A stretch of 64,000 nucleotides of DNA. Origin: an uncultured Methanosarcinales archaeon (GTDB lineage: Archaea > Nanobdellota > Nanobdellia > Woesearchaeales > JABIAG01). The notes below the pieces were generated by a model, which saw only the letters and a program-made list of their open reading frames with translations, was not told where the DNA came from and did not search any database. Below are positions 48,183 to 57,753 of this stretch, piece by piece (positions within the stretch are counted from its first letter, which is position 1; every line of letters starts with the position of its first letter). The position numbers were made by a program, and so were the translations under genes. The DNA lies in NCBI GenBank assembly GCA_964544335.1, contig CAZJAJ010000002.1:78109-142108 (forward strand). The letters run 5' to 3'.

Positions 48183-49340
48183 ATGGTAAAAAAGAGGATT
48201 ACCGTTGGGGGATGGTATCAACGAACAACACTACACCTCTCTGAAATCTATGAATTTTTATCAAAAGGAATCTCTTATGAACCACTTGACAAGAAAAAGC
48301 TCAACGCATTCTACAAAAAACTAGAGATTAGAAGCGTAGAACGAAAATTTGGTGAATTAGAACACATCAAAGCCATCACTAATACTGGAATTGAAATTAC
48401 CTATTATGAAGATGGCCTCTATCTTATAGAAAGTACAAAAGAAAATGTAGAAGAACAACTCATCACCTATTTTGAAAAAACATTCAAACCTGCAATTGCC
48501 TATCTCTTCTCACTTGGAGCTCCAACACCAAAAATTCTTGCAAGTATAAAAGATAAACATCCAGTGGTCATCTCACAAATTGCAAAAAATCCCAAAACCT
48601 TCAAAATTCAAAAATCATATGGAAAAGTCTACTCCTCATATCACACAACAAATATCTCCGTATACAAAACAAGCAAGCACATCTTCATCATTGCAAAACC
48701 ATCGGCAAAACAATCACTAGAACGCATAGTGGGCATCCAAATCTTCTTTAGAGAATTCAAAGATCAACTACGAAAATATCTACACATCCATCGTGTCGTG
48801 TGGGAAGAAATTAAACACATCAGCGAACGAGATGACATAAAAGGTAATGAACTTGATACCTTCAGAGCAAACCTTGAGAGTTACAAAAAAACCATTCACT
48901 TTATCAGCGAACGTATGGCGCAAATGGAGCCCTACGCAAAAACAAGAGAACAACTTGCGGGAACACTCAACGTACAAACACATCTTGTTGAATTATTCCA
49001 TTATCGATTCGAAGACCTCTTTGACACTCTACAATATGTCCAGAAAGTATGGAACATGACCGTTGATTATGTTGAAGGCGCAATACAACTCATTGCAGGA
49101 ATACAAGCAAGTTCTACAGGTAAAAGCATACGCTCTATACAAGTGCTCGCAAGCATTGGTGTCGTAGCAGGATTTATGCGTTATCTTGGAACAGAAGAAG
49201 TTGGTGGAATAACGCAAACAGGAATACTCTACCTTGCAGGACTCATTTTCATCGCATACCTCATTAACATTTCAATCAAAAATTACTACAAAAATAAAAA
49301 TTATTCAATTAGGTTTGTTCCATTCAAAAAGTTTGAATAA
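48183..49340 (+). CDS. hypothetical protein with C-terminal TM helices (possibly CorA-like, no GMN motif)
   Basis: 385 aa. Large soluble N-terminal domain, two C-terminal TM helices. Confidence 0.3.
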   Translation: MVKKRITVGGWYQRTTLHLSEIYEFLSKGISYEPLDKKKLNAFYKKLEIRSVERKFGELEHIKAITNTGIEITYYEDGLYLIESTKENVEEQLITYFEKTFKPAIAYLFSLGAPTPKILASIKDKHPVVISQIAKNPKTFKIQKSYGKVYSSYHTTNISVYKTSKHIFIIAKPSAKQSLERIVGIQIFFREFKDQLRKYLHIHRVVWEEIKHISERDDIKGNELDTFRANLESYKKTIHFISERMAQMEPYAKTREQLAGTLNVQTHLVELFHYRFEDLFDTLQYVQKVWNMTVDYVEGAIQLIAGIQASSTGKSIRSIQVLASIGVVAGFMRYLGTEEVGGITQTGILYLAGLIFIAYLINISIKNYYKNKNYSIRFVPFKKFE

Positions 49341-49371
49341 CCTTTAAAATACCTCCAATATAAACACACAA

Positions 49372-49932
49372 ATGGTACTCATAGATACGCTACGAAGTAT
49401 AACGTCCTTTACAGCACCTATTCAATCACTATTCAATAAATTTGTAGTGGGATTTATCATTTTCCTCATTGGTCTTATCATCTCAAGACTGGTTGGAAAA
49501 CTGGTCACTCAAATTCTCCATGAAATAGAACTCAGATCTATTGTAAAAAAAGCAACACGTATAGACAAACCTCTTGATGAACGTGTAGGAAAAATTGTAT
49601 TCTATATCCTTGCACTGATCAGTGCAGTAATAGCACTTGACTATGCGGGCCTTAGATCACCAGTGCTTTACATCGTAAGTGGTGGAATTACCCTTATCAT
49701 TGTAGTTACCATCATCCTTACACTAAAAGATTTCACACCAAATGTAATTGCAACATTTCTCATACACAAAAGAAAACTCTTCAAAGTAGGTGACACTATT
49801 ACTGTAGCATCAATGCAAGGAAAAGTAAAAGAAATTGGTTTGCAAAGCACTGCATTAGAAAATGGAACAGATACCGTCTATATTCCAAATGCAACTATTC
49901 TCAAAAAAAGAATTACGGTTAAAAAATCATAG
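49372..49932 (+). CDS. small MscS-family mechanosensitive channel
   Basis: VGDTITVASMQGKVKEIGLQSTALENGTDTVYIPNATIL matches the MscS beta-domain consensus. 3 N-terminal TM helices. Confidence 0.65.
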   Translation: MVLIDTLRSITSFTAPIQSLFNKFVVGFIIFLIGLIISRLVGKLVTQILHEIELRSIVKKATRIDKPLDERVGKIVFYILALISAVIALDYAGLRSPVLYIVSGGITLIIVVTIILTLKDFTPNVIATFLIHKRKLFKVGDTITVASMQGKVKEIGLQSTALENGTDTVYIPNATILKKRITVKKS

Positions 49933-50169
49933 TTGCTCAACAAGTGCAACAATGTCCCAAATTTGTGTTCTCATATATGAATCAAGATAATCATTATTTG
50001 CAAGAGTATCAAGTTCTACCATACATTTATCTTTCTTTAAAGAAACGTCCCCATCGCTCTTAAGCACGGCAATAACACCTTCAAGGCAAGACTTTACTGC
50101 TTTAGAAACACTGTCCTCCTCCTCAAGGATTGCCTCAATGGAAGCAATGATAAATGCAACATCACTCAT
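49927..50169 (-). CDS. UPF0147-like small archaeal protein
   Basis: 80 aa. Pattern IEAILEEEDSVSKAVKSC...AVL resembles UPF0147. Sits in the conserved L37ae–prefoldin neighbourhood. Confidence 0.4.
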   Translation of the reverse strand: MSDVAFIIASIEAILEEEDSVSKAVKSCLEGVIAVLKSDGDVSLKKDKCMVELDTLANNDYLDSYMRTQIWDIVALVEQL

Positions 50170-50479
50170 CTTTTGTTTGCTCCATAAGTTCTTCTTGCAA
50201 AGAAGTCATATTACTACGAAGCTTTTCTTCTTGTGATGATAATGTTTCAATACGTTTTGTAAGAAGTACGTGTTTCTCTTCAAGTTCTTTTAACAAATCG
50301 TCTTTGCTCACTTTCACAAGCACATTACCAATGATCTTAAAACTCTCTTCAGTTTTTTTTAATTCAGAAACAGCATTTTGTGTCTCTTTAAGTTCACCTT
50401 CATACTGCTGTTTTTGCATAGAAAATTGTTGTAAATGTTGCTCCATCATTTGGAGTTGTTGTAATTGTTCTTTACTCAT
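50162..50479 (-). CDS. pfdB: prefoldin beta subunit
   Basis: 105 aa. Two coiled-coil arms flanking a beta-hairpin (KIIGNVLVKVSKDD). Confidence 0.8.
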   Translation of the reverse strand: MSKEQLQQLQMMEQHLQQFSMQKQQYEGELKETQNAVSELKKTEESFKIIGNVLVKVSKDDLLKELEEKHVLLTKRIETLSSQEEKLRSNMTSLQEELMEQTKDE

Positions 50480-50682
50480 TTGCTTTTTTCAAACACGCTA
50501 AGAAGTTGTGTGATGCTATTCATGGAAGCTCTAAAGGCAGTAGCATCATTTGCACAAACTTCAAATGTTGTTGTATCCTTATCTGTTGTAACACTAATAG
50601 TTGATCGATCGTTATTCTTAAGATCAGGTTCAATGCAAGGTCCTGCATGAGGATCTTTCACAACGATCGTTGCAGTAATCAT
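50476..50682 (-). CDS. pcc1: KEOPS complex subunit Pcc1
   Basis: 68 aa. ...VCANDATAFRASMNSITQLLSVFE matches the Pcc1 C-terminal helix consensus. Confidence 0.65.
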   Translation of the reverse strand: MITATIVVKDPHAGPCIEPDLKNNDRSTISVTTDKDTTTFEVCANDATAFRASMNSITQLLSVFEKSK

Positions 50683-50816
50683 ATTGCCTTAATTTTAGTA
50701 GGTTGTGATCGTGGTTTGTATACCATCTTTGAACCACAGTATGGGCATCGAACTTTCTTTCTTAAGAATTCTTCTCCAACTTTTTTAGCACAATCAAAGC
50801 ATTTGTAATGTACCAT
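50679..50816 (-). CDS. rpoP: DNA-directed RNA polymerase subunit P (Rpo12/RpoP, ABC10alpha homologue), 45 aa. Absent from the ORF track.
   Basis: MVHYKCFDCAKKVGEEFLRKKVRCPYCGSKMVYKPRSQPTKIKAI has the CxxC...CxxC zinc-ribbon. Its start overlaps the L37ae stop (TAATG). Its stop overlaps the Pcc1 start (ATGA). Confidence 0.75.
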   Translation of the reverse strand: MVHYKCFDCAKKVGEEFLRKKVRCPYCGSKMVYKPRSQPTKIKAI

Positions 50817-51049
50817 TATTGTGCCTCCTTATGTTTGAAGCCATTACCAATGGTGTATGCTTTACCGGTGAATTTTTTATCACACTTGCTACATTCCCAT
50901 ATACCTGCTGCAACACGTTTAACACCGTCATATCTACAGTGTGGACACTGTTGCTTTGCATTCTTTAGTAAAAGAATCTTACTTAGGTTCTGTCGTACTT
51001 TTCTACCGTACCTAGGACCCAGTCCTCGAGTATTTTTCCTCTTAATCAT
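50816..51049 (-). CDS. rpl37ae: 50S ribosomal protein L37ae (eL43)
   Basis: KRKNTRGLGPRYGRKVRQ...CPHCRYDGVKRVAAGIWECSKCDKKFTGKAYT is the zinc-ribbon L37ae signature. Confidence 0.95.
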   Translation of the reverse strand: MIKRKNTRGLGPRYGRKVRQNLSKILLLKNAKQQCPHCRYDGVKRVAAGIWECSKCDKKFTGKAYTIGNGFKHKEAQ

Positions 51050-51338
51050 TTATGCTGCCTCCATGAATATGATGGGACCGCCCAGACTTTCGAGATAGCT
51101 TTACTATCATTCGAACTGGGGTCCCCTGGTCTTTTGAATAAAAGCGTAATATCTTTTATTTCCCAAACCAGAGAGGATAACCAAGCTACCCCACGGCCCC
51201 ATGCCGTAGGCTTCAGGAAAGATAGTCGCTTTTTAAAGGTTACTAAAGCTACAGAGAATAAAACAGTTAAGAAAAAGAAGTGATTGGTCCGTCACACGCT
51301 CTGGGTTGGGGGGATAGAAACGGTCTGACGGACACAAT

Positions 51339-51749
51339 CTACTCATGAAAGTTACTTTTTGGCGGGGCCCTAAATTCCTTAATCCACTTAAGGCCGATGC
51401 GAGTCATTTCTTTGTTGAAATCTTCGCTGAGTTTGTATGTTTTTTTGTACATATCGTAGCTGATGAGTCCCATGCTACGACACGGTGTGAGTATCCTATC
51501 GTAAAATTGGCGTTTGTTATAGGATATTTTGATTTTTTTTCCTCGGTATTTGGGGGTAGGGATGGATACGATGAGATTCCCATCTTGCAGGGAATTGGCA
51601 AACAAAGACATCTCCGTCTTGCCGATCTCGCCGTTGTTAGCTTTGATGTGATCGATGAGTAGCCGAGCTACTATCGCTTGCTGCTCTGTTGCAAAGAGCA
51701 ATTCATACATGTCCTCAGGCAAATTGTACCTGTCGAACAACATCACCAT
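51339..51749 (-). CDS. hypothetical protein (possible winged-helix)
   Basis: 136-aa ORF, no motif recognised. Confidence 0.35.
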   Translation of the reverse strand: MVMLFDRYNLPEDMYELLFATEQQAIVARLLIDHIKANNGEIGKTEMSLFANSLQDGNLIVSIPTPKYRGKKIKISYNKRQFYDRILTPCRSMGLISYDMYKKTYKLSEDFNKEMTRIGLKWIKEFRAPPKSNFHE

Positions 51750-51874
51750 GTAATGTGTGGTAAAGCACTCAAGTATATAAATGTTTCGCTTAGTGTGGAA
51801 ATTTCAACACTAGTTTCCACATGAAATGAAGGAGTATAGTAATTACACCATTAATGTCCAAACCTGTTTGTCGT

Positions 51875-53719
51875 CTATAAACGACCAAAGAACTCTCTAA
51901 TGCGCACAGAATAGTCAAGTGCAACCTCTGGCTGAGAAATCACTTTTCGATAATTTTCCCACAAATATCGCTTATCAAGGTATACAATAACACCTTTATC
52001 CGTTTCAGATCGGATACATCGTCCAGCATTCTGCATTACCGTCGACAACGCAGGCATCACATACCCATAATCCCACCCTTTCCGATACTTACGATCATAA
52101 TAATTAATCACAGACTGTGTTTCAAGATCAGGTTTTCCAAGAGGAAGTCCCACTACTACAACACACTTGAGTAAATCGCCCGGTAAATCAACACCTTCAC
52201 CAAAACTTCCTGTTGCAACGCCCATGAGCACAGCTCCAGAATCTTTGTAAGCCTTAAAATTCTCAAGGAGTTCTTGTTTTTGCTCCTTACTCATCCCCGG
52301 AACTTCTGTAAACACCGTCTTCTCACAATCCGCACTCACATACGGGTATACGCTATCTCTTACCGCATAGGATGGAAAGAACACAGCCGTATTCCCAGGA
52401 ACGGCATGAGCAATATCTACAATAATAGATGCCATTTCCTTAAACATTGCAGGCGATCGTTCTGCATATTTTGTAGTGGTCTTTGGAACAACAAGACTCA
52501 TCCTATTCTCAGCAGGAAACGGGGATGGAAATTCAATTTGCCGACCTTTAATACCAAGTAAATCAGCAAACATGTTCACCGGACTAAGTGTGCCGCTCAT
52601 CACAATGGATGCATACGCCTCATCAAACACAGGTCCTGTAAGAATGGATGGATCAAGACAATTGTGATTAAGTTCAATTCGCTCCCCACGACCACCAACC
52701 ACGTGCCGCATAATATTCACAAATCCTTCCTTCTCGTTATAGATCTTCAAAAAATGTGCAATACTTCCAAGAAAACTCCTCTTCTTTAATTCACGAGTGC
52801 GATCTGCAGCATTTTCAAACTCTTCAATCATCTCATCTTTCTTGTGAAAAACAATCTCTCCTTTCTTCACAATCTTTTCTTCTTCAAGGCCAATACACTC
52901 AAGTAACTGTTCTTGCAGTTCATCAAGATAGGGAATCACATCATCATCCTCAAGTTCTTCAGCTTCTTTTCGTGCCTGCTTAATCAAATACGTACTCAGT
53001 GTAGAACTCAGCAGTTCTCGAATACGTCCAGGTAAATTGTGTGCTTCATCAACAATCACAATACACTTATCCAACTCTCGCTCAGTTTTCTGAAAAAAAG
53101 AATCCATCACAGACGGATTGAATATATAATAATAATCAGCAACAATCACTTTTGCCTTATTTGCAAGCATAAGAGACATCTCATACGGACACATCTCATA
53201 CTCATCACACGTACTAATCACTTCTTCAACTGCAAGTGGACTTCTCATCTGCAATTGAAACAATGCATCCTTTGCCTTTACTGTTGGCTCCAAACTTTTC
53301 TTTCTACAATTGGTATAATACTCACACGTCCCTTCCTCTCGAACCTTCTTACAATACTCACTAAATTCCCCTGAAGAAAGTAAATCAACACCGCCCTGAA
53401 GACACATATGTTTCTTTCCAATCATATCAACAACAGGAATCGTAAGACCAAACTGCTCCTTAATGGCCTTAAGGGTATCAATAGCAATCACGTGTTGTGT
53501 ATGTCGTGACGTAAGAAAAAAAACGGTAAGATCTTCTTCTTGTGCTTTCTTAAGTGCAGGACCAATAGACGCAATAGTTTTCCCAAGACCCGTTGGTGCA
53601 TGCACAATAAGACTAGATTTATCATTTACTGCTCGTTGCACTGCACTAATCAGATCATGCTGTACATTCCGAATCTCTGCAAACGGAAAAAGAACATCTT
53701 TCTTATCCATGTTATACAC
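51875..53719 (-). CDS. xpd: XPD/Rad3-family 5'-3' DNA helicase with FeS domain
   Basis: Walker A APTGLGKT, DEAH box IVIVDEAHNL, 4-Cys FeS cluster (C...C..C...C in KHMCLQ...EYCKK...TCEYYTNC). 614 aa. Confidence 0.85.
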   Translation of the reverse strand: MYNMDKKDVLFPFAEIRNVQHDLISAVQRAVNDKSSLIVHAPTGLGKTIASIGPALKKAQEEDLTVFFLTSRHTQHVIAIDTLKAIKEQFGLTIPVVDMIGKKHMCLQGGVDLLSSGEFSEYCKKVREEGTCEYYTNCRKKSLEPTVKAKDALFQLQMRSPLAVEEVISTCDEYEMCPYEMSLMLANKAKVIVADYYYIFNPSVMDSFFQKTERELDKCIVIVDEAHNLPGRIRELLSSTLSTYLIKQARKEAEELEDDDVIPYLDELQEQLLECIGLEEEKIVKKGEIVFHKKDEMIEEFENAADRTRELKKRSFLGSIAHFLKIYNEKEGFVNIMRHVVGGRGERIELNHNCLDPSILTGPVFDEAYASIVMSGTLSPVNMFADLLGIKGRQIEFPSPFPAENRMSLVVPKTTTKYAERSPAMFKEMASIIVDIAHAVPGNTAVFFPSYAVRDSVYPYVSADCEKTVFTEVPGMSKEQKQELLENFKAYKDSGAVLMGVATGSFGEGVDLPGDLLKCVVVVGLPLGKPDLETQSVINYYDRKYRKGWDYGYVMPALSTVMQNAGRCIRSETDKGVIVYLDKRYLWENYRKVISQPEVALDYSVRIREFFGRL

Positions 53720-53745
53720 CCATCTAGATCGTTAATAAAGATTAT

Positions 53746-53905
53746 GGGAAATTTTGCGTAGGATTTTCAACACTCATAAATGTACCATTCCAAACATTCT
53801 CAATTTTAGTTATTGAAAATCTCGTGAACGAGATTTGCATGGGAGATGATGAAGAACCTGCACTTGAGTGCGAGATTTTCAATTCAAAAATTTGCGTATG
53901 GGTGC
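53746..53905. promoter_or_regulatory. cluster of three related motif copies upstream of xpd
   Basis: Copy 1 is gggaaATTTTGCGTAGGATTTTCAA (53746-53770). Copy 2 is TTGAAAATCTCG-tgaa-CGAGATTTGCATGGG, with a perfect 8-bp palindrome (53812-53843). Copy 3 is CGAGATTTTCAAttcaaAAATTTGCGTATGGG (53871-53902). Confidence 0.4.
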
Positions 53906-53982
53906 AAAAAGCGTTAATGCATCGTCCTTCAGGTCGGTGATAGCTTTGAGTAGCAAATTTTTGTTATGTAAACCCGCTCGGA

Positions 53983-54384
53983 TTATTTCCGAATCATATC
54001 ATACACATACGACGCGAGCGTAATCCCAAACACTGAAGCAAGAATGCTCCAAACCGTAAGCATTACAGGAATTGCAAAAAAGAACTGCATAAGGAGCACT
54101 GGCAATGAAAATATAATACTCACCACAAGACCAATAGCAATAGCACTCTCCTGAAGATGTCTATTGAGCTCCACAATAAAGAACGTAAGCATGACCATCA
54201 CTAAAAAGAACACATAATTTGAAGCACCATTGGTTGCAACAAAGCTTCCAAGTGATTCATATGCGCCCTGAAGAATATACTCATGCACAATAATATTTGT
54301 CCCAAGCATAATCACAAATGCAGCAATAACTGCCACAACGCTTGTCCAAATACCCTGCCAATTGATGTTTCGCTTAATACGCAT
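53983..54384 (-). CDS. small membrane protein, unknown function
   Basis: 133 aa, 4 TM helices. Confidence 0.4.
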   Translation of the reverse strand: MRIKRNINWQGIWTSVVAVIAAFVIMLGTNIIVHEYILQGAYESLGSFVATNGASNYVFFLVMVMLTFFIVELNRHLQESAIAIGLVVSIIFSLPVLLMQFFFAIPVMLTVWSILASVFGITLASYVYDMIRK

Positions 54385-54442
54385 ACAAGAATAAATCCAA
54401 AAGGAGTATTTAAACTTTTATCTTATTTTAAGAAAGAATATT

Positions 54443-54564
54443 GGGCGCCAAGGGCGGGACTTTCGCGTCTTGGGGCTCGACATTCGAACCCGCATGAGAC
54501 TGCGTTAGCCTCACCAGGGCATCAACCTGGCGCATAACCAGATTCTGCCACCTTGGCTCTACCC
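54443..54564 (+). rRNA. 5S rRNA-like gene, copy B (122 nt)
   Basis: Terminal helix GGGCGCCAAGG / CCTTGGC-TCTA-CCC. Internal GACAUUCGAACCCGCAUGAGACUGCGUUAGCC resembles the archaeal 5S loop-C/helix-III region. Hairpin CCAGG-GCAUCAA-CCUGG, then ...UUCUGCCA before the 3' helix strand (E. coli AACUGCCAGGCAU). Conserved AATATT plus an A/T-rich region immediately upstream. Confidence 0.5.
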
Positions 54565-54596
54565 AAATGTTTATATATGTAAGAAACAATGCATGT

Positions 54597-54645
54597 ATAC
54601 TGCGTTAGTCTCTCCAGGCCATCAACCTGGTTTTTCTTTTCATCT
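54597..54645 (+). repeat. partial duplicate of the 5S-like internal segment ending in a T-tract (terminator-like)
   Basis: ctgcgttagtctctccaggccatcaacctgg matches 54501-54531, and is followed by TTTTTCTTTTC. Confidence 0.5.
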
Positions 54646-54742
54646 ATTCTTCATAAATGATTCTCAGAATATTTCGGAAATTTTACGAAGAAATAGATAC
54701 AATTTTATACCTAATGCCCCACAAATTACTTGAGGTGATATC

Positions 54743-55144
54743 ATGTCAATAATAGCAATACTTGTTGCATCAATTGCATCAATGATAATTGGAATGTTCT
54801 GGTACTCACAAGCTGGCTTTGGTAAAAGTTGGATGAAAGAAACTGGAATGACCAAAAAGAAAATGAAAAAAATGGCAATAAGTCCTGTGCAAGCAATGAC
54901 GCTTGGGTTTCTTGCAACCGTATTAACAGCATACATTCTAGCAAAAGTCCTATTTATGACACCACTAACTGGTACCATGGGAGGACTACAGCTTGGATTT
55001 TGGATCTGGCTTGGTTTTGTTGCAACAACACAACTAGGTGTAGTACTTTGGGAAGGAAAAACAGTAAAACTCTTTACCATAAACACCTTCTACAGTTTAG
55101 TAAATCTACTCGTCATTGGTGCAATCATAGGCGCAATGGCATAG
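54743..55144 (+). CDS. small membrane protein, unknown function
   Basis: 133 aa, 4 TM helices. Confidence 0.4.
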   Translation: MSIIAILVASIASMIIGMFWYSQAGFGKSWMKETGMTKKKMKKMAISPVQAMTLGFLATVLTAYILAKVLFMTPLTGTMGGLQLGFWIWLGFVATTQLGVVLWEGKTVKLFTINTFYSLVNLLVIGAIIGAMA

Positions 55145-55249
55145 TTTTTTTTTCTTATTTTTCTTTCTTTATAATGTTCCAATATGTATATCCGTAACCC
55201 TTATAAATACACCACAACTCTCTAAAGTATATAATACAGACTATATGTA

Positions 55250-55543
55250 TTGCAGGGGGGATTAACAGTGAAACAAGAACAAAGTAACATTTTCAACATT
55301 CTATTCAGAGAAAAACCAGCAATGATGCTCGTTGAACTCATGAACGCAAAAGGTGAACTCTACGCATCATCACTTGCAAAAAAAATCGATTGCACATATT
55401 CACACGTAGTAAAAGTACTACAAGAAATGGAAAAAGCAGGTCTGATCAATTTTGACAAACAAGGAAGATTAAAACTCCTTACATTAACAAAAACAGGATC
55501 AGATGTGGCAATGAACATCGAAAAAATCCGAAGCATGCTATAA
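55250..55543 (+). CDS. winged-helix transcriptional regulator (MarR/ArsR/TrmB-like)
   Basis: 97 aa. HTH SSLAKKIDCTYSHVVKVLQEMEKAGLI, followed by a wing. Confidence 0.55.
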   Translation: MQGGLTVKQEQSNIFNILFREKPAMMLVELMNAKGELYASSLAKKIDCTYSHVVKVLQEMEKAGLINFDKQGRLKLLTLTKTGSDVAMNIEKIRSML

Positions 55544-55567
55544 GCATGTCTCTTTCTTTTTTACTAC

Positions 55568-56329
55568 TTATTCTTTAAGTCCTCTGCCAATTTTAAGCAA
55601 GTACACATTTACACAAAAGAACACAACCGTAAATACGCTCAGTACGCTAAGACCAACCCATACAGGTATTTCTGAAAAACCAAGAAACCCATGTCTAAAT
55701 CCAGATACCATGTACACAATAGGATTAAGCAAAGACACCTTCTGCCAAAATGCAGGCAGAAGATCAATGGAGTAAAACACTCCACCAAGATACGTCAGTG
55801 GTGTAAGTACGAAGGTTGGAACAATGGTGACATCATCAAACTTCTTTGCAAAAATACCATTTGTAAATCCTGCAAGTGAAAACATCACAGATGTTAAGAT
55901 AGCAAATGCAAATACAATAAGTATGTTACTCAAAATAAGTTTGGTAAACAATAAACTCACAATAGTTACAATAACACCAACAAGCAGTCCACGTGAAACA
56001 CCACCAAGCGCAAAACCAAGAAGTACTTGCCAATACGGCATAGGACTCACTAATAATTCTTCAATATTATTCTGAAACTTAGCACCAAAGAAACTACTGG
56101 ACACATTAGAGTATGAATTTGTTATAATGGCCATCATTACAAGACCAGGAACAATAAATGCGATATAGGAAACACCATGCAGATCATCAATCTGTGACCC
56201 AATAAACGTACCAAAGATCAAAAAGTACAATGACATCGTAATGGCAGGAGGAAGCAGCGTCTGCGACCAAATGCGCAAGAAACGTTGAATCTCTTTTCTC
56301 ACTAGTGTGTACAATCCTATAACATTCAT
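55568..56329 (-). CDS. ABC-2 type transporter permease
   Basis: 253 aa, 6 TM helices. Translationally coupled to the upstream ATPase. Confidence 0.7.
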   Translation of the reverse strand: MNVIGLYTLVRKEIQRFLRIWSQTLLPPAITMSLYFLIFGTFIGSQIDDLHGVSYIAFIVPGLVMMAIITNSYSNVSSSFFGAKFQNNIEELLVSPMPYWQVLLGFALGGVSRGLLVGVIVTIVSLLFTKLILSNILIVFAFAILTSVMFSLAGFTNGIFAKKFDDVTIVPTFVLTPLTYLGGVFYSIDLLPAFWQKVSLLNPIVYMVSGFRHGFLGFSEIPVWVGLSVLSVFTVVFFCVNVYLLKIGRGLKE

Positions 56330-57222
56330 TTGGTCAACCTCACAAAAATTTCTTCAAGTCTATTATTCTTTGGTCCAATACTCAGCACAGTCACCTTTTG
56401 TTTCTTGAGTTCTTCAATAAGCTTCGTAACCGTATACCCTTTCTGCAAATTAACTTCAATTCGTCCATCAGCATATGTGGCAGAGCACTTGAGTTTTGCA
56501 GGATCTACATCTCCTTCAACATCAACAACATAGGTTTCTTCATCAAGTTTAGAGAGGAGTTCTTTCTTAGGCAAGTTCACCAGAATCTTTCCCTTATCAA
56601 TAATAGCAATATTATTACAAAGTAACTCTGCCTCTTCAAGATAGTGTGTAGTAAGTAAAATAGTAACGCCTTTTTTGTTAAGCTTTGTTAAAAAATCCCA
56701 CATTCCTCGTCGAAGTTCAACATCAACACCTGCAGTGGGCTCATCTAAAATCAAAATCTCAGGTTCATGAATAAGTGCTCGTGCAATCATAAGACGTCGC
56801 TTCATACCACCTGAAAGACTTCGTGAAACAGCATTTCTCTTCTCCCACAAACTCAGTTCTTTAAGGACTTTTTCAGCTCGCTCCAAAGCAACAGATCTTG
56901 GAACGCCATAATATCCTGCTTGCTGCACGACAATATCAATCACCTTCTCAAAAATATTAAAGTTAAACTCCTGTGGAACAATTCCCAGCTTACTCTTTGC
57001 AAGTTCTGTCTCAAGATCAGTATCATGACCCATTACAGTAATACGCCCACTCGTCTTAGTCACCAATTGTGTGAGCGCTCCAATAGTCGTACTCTTACCT
57101 GCACCATTAGGACCAAGCAAAGCAAAAAAGTCACCTTTCTTAATCGTAAGATCAATACCTTTGAGTGCTTCAACACCACCACGGTACACTTTCTTTAGCT
57201 GAGAAATCTCAATGGCATTCAT
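56326..57222 (-). CDS. ABC transporter ATP-binding protein
   Basis: Walker A GPNGAGKST, signature LSGGMKRR, Walker B ILILDEPT. Confidence 0.9.
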   Translation of the reverse strand: MNAIEISQLKKVYRGGVEALKGIDLTIKKGDFFALLGPNGAGKSTTIGALTQLVTKTSGRITVMGHDTDLETELAKSKLGIVPQEFNFNIFEKVIDIVVQQAGYYGVPRSVALERAEKVLKELSLWEKRNAVSRSLSGGMKRRLMIARALIHEPEILILDEPTAGVDVELRRGMWDFLTKLNKKGVTILLTTHYLEEAELLCNNIAIIDKGKILVNLPKKELLSKLDEETYVVDVEGDVDPAKLKCSATYADGRIEVNLQKGYTVTKLIEELKKQKVTVLSIGPKNNRLEEIFVRLTK

Positions 57223-57297
57223 ACGCTTTCAAAAATAATCGTTCATTAAAAAGGTTATGTTTAGAAGAAAAATAAAGTAAAAGAAAAAAGAATTGAT

Positions 57298-57753
57298 CTA
57301 TTCGATCAATAGTGCAATTCTTGATGGATCATATTTCCAATCTTGCGGAAGTCTTCCAGTCGTCCGGTAGTATTTTACCAGTCTCTTGGACTTACTTCGT
57401 GTCAAAATAAGACCTCGTTTTGCACCTTCATCTTTGTGATTCTTTTCAAGGTGATTTCTAAGGAAAATTTCCTTCTTTAGTAAAGCCATTAAGTCTTCTG
57501 GAATTTCAGGAAGTAACTCCTTTTCCTTAAGCACTTCAGTAATGGTTTTTCCAAGTACCGTTTTAATATCTGGAATACCGTAGTGGTCTCGAAGTTCAAG
57601 ACCAATCTGAGAAGCGCCTTTACCTTCTTTTGCAAATTTTACAATAAGAAGTTCAATTTCTTTTGGCTTATATTTCATCCAACTTTCTACTTTCATATCA
57701 AGGGGTTTGTAGCTTCGCGCTTTACCCTTGGTTCCTGTATGCATTCTACCCAT
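57298..57753 (-). CDS. rps15: 30S ribosomal protein S15 (uS15; S13e-type)
   Basis: MGRMHTGTKGKARSYKP N-terminus and C-terminal S15 helical domain. 151 aa. Confidence 0.9.
   Translation of the reverse strand: MGRMHTGTKGKARSYKPLDMKVESWMKYKPKEIELLIVKFAKEGKGASQIGLELRDHYGIPDIKTVLGKTITEVLKEKELLPEIPEDLMALLKKEIFLRNHLEKNHKDEGAKRGLILTRSKSKRLVKYYRTTGRLPQDWKYDPSRIALLIE

Noticed and set aside
33301-54640. Inverted repeats at ~33.4 kb and ~54.5 kb as terminal inverted repeats of a 21-kb mobile or invertible element
   Set aside because: The repeats are themselves complete structured-RNA genes with promoters and terminators. The interior is core housekeeping (aRF1, thrS, srp54, serS, drg, L37ae operon, xpd). 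There is no integrase or transposase. Recombination between the copies could still invert the segment, but nothing indicates a mobile element.
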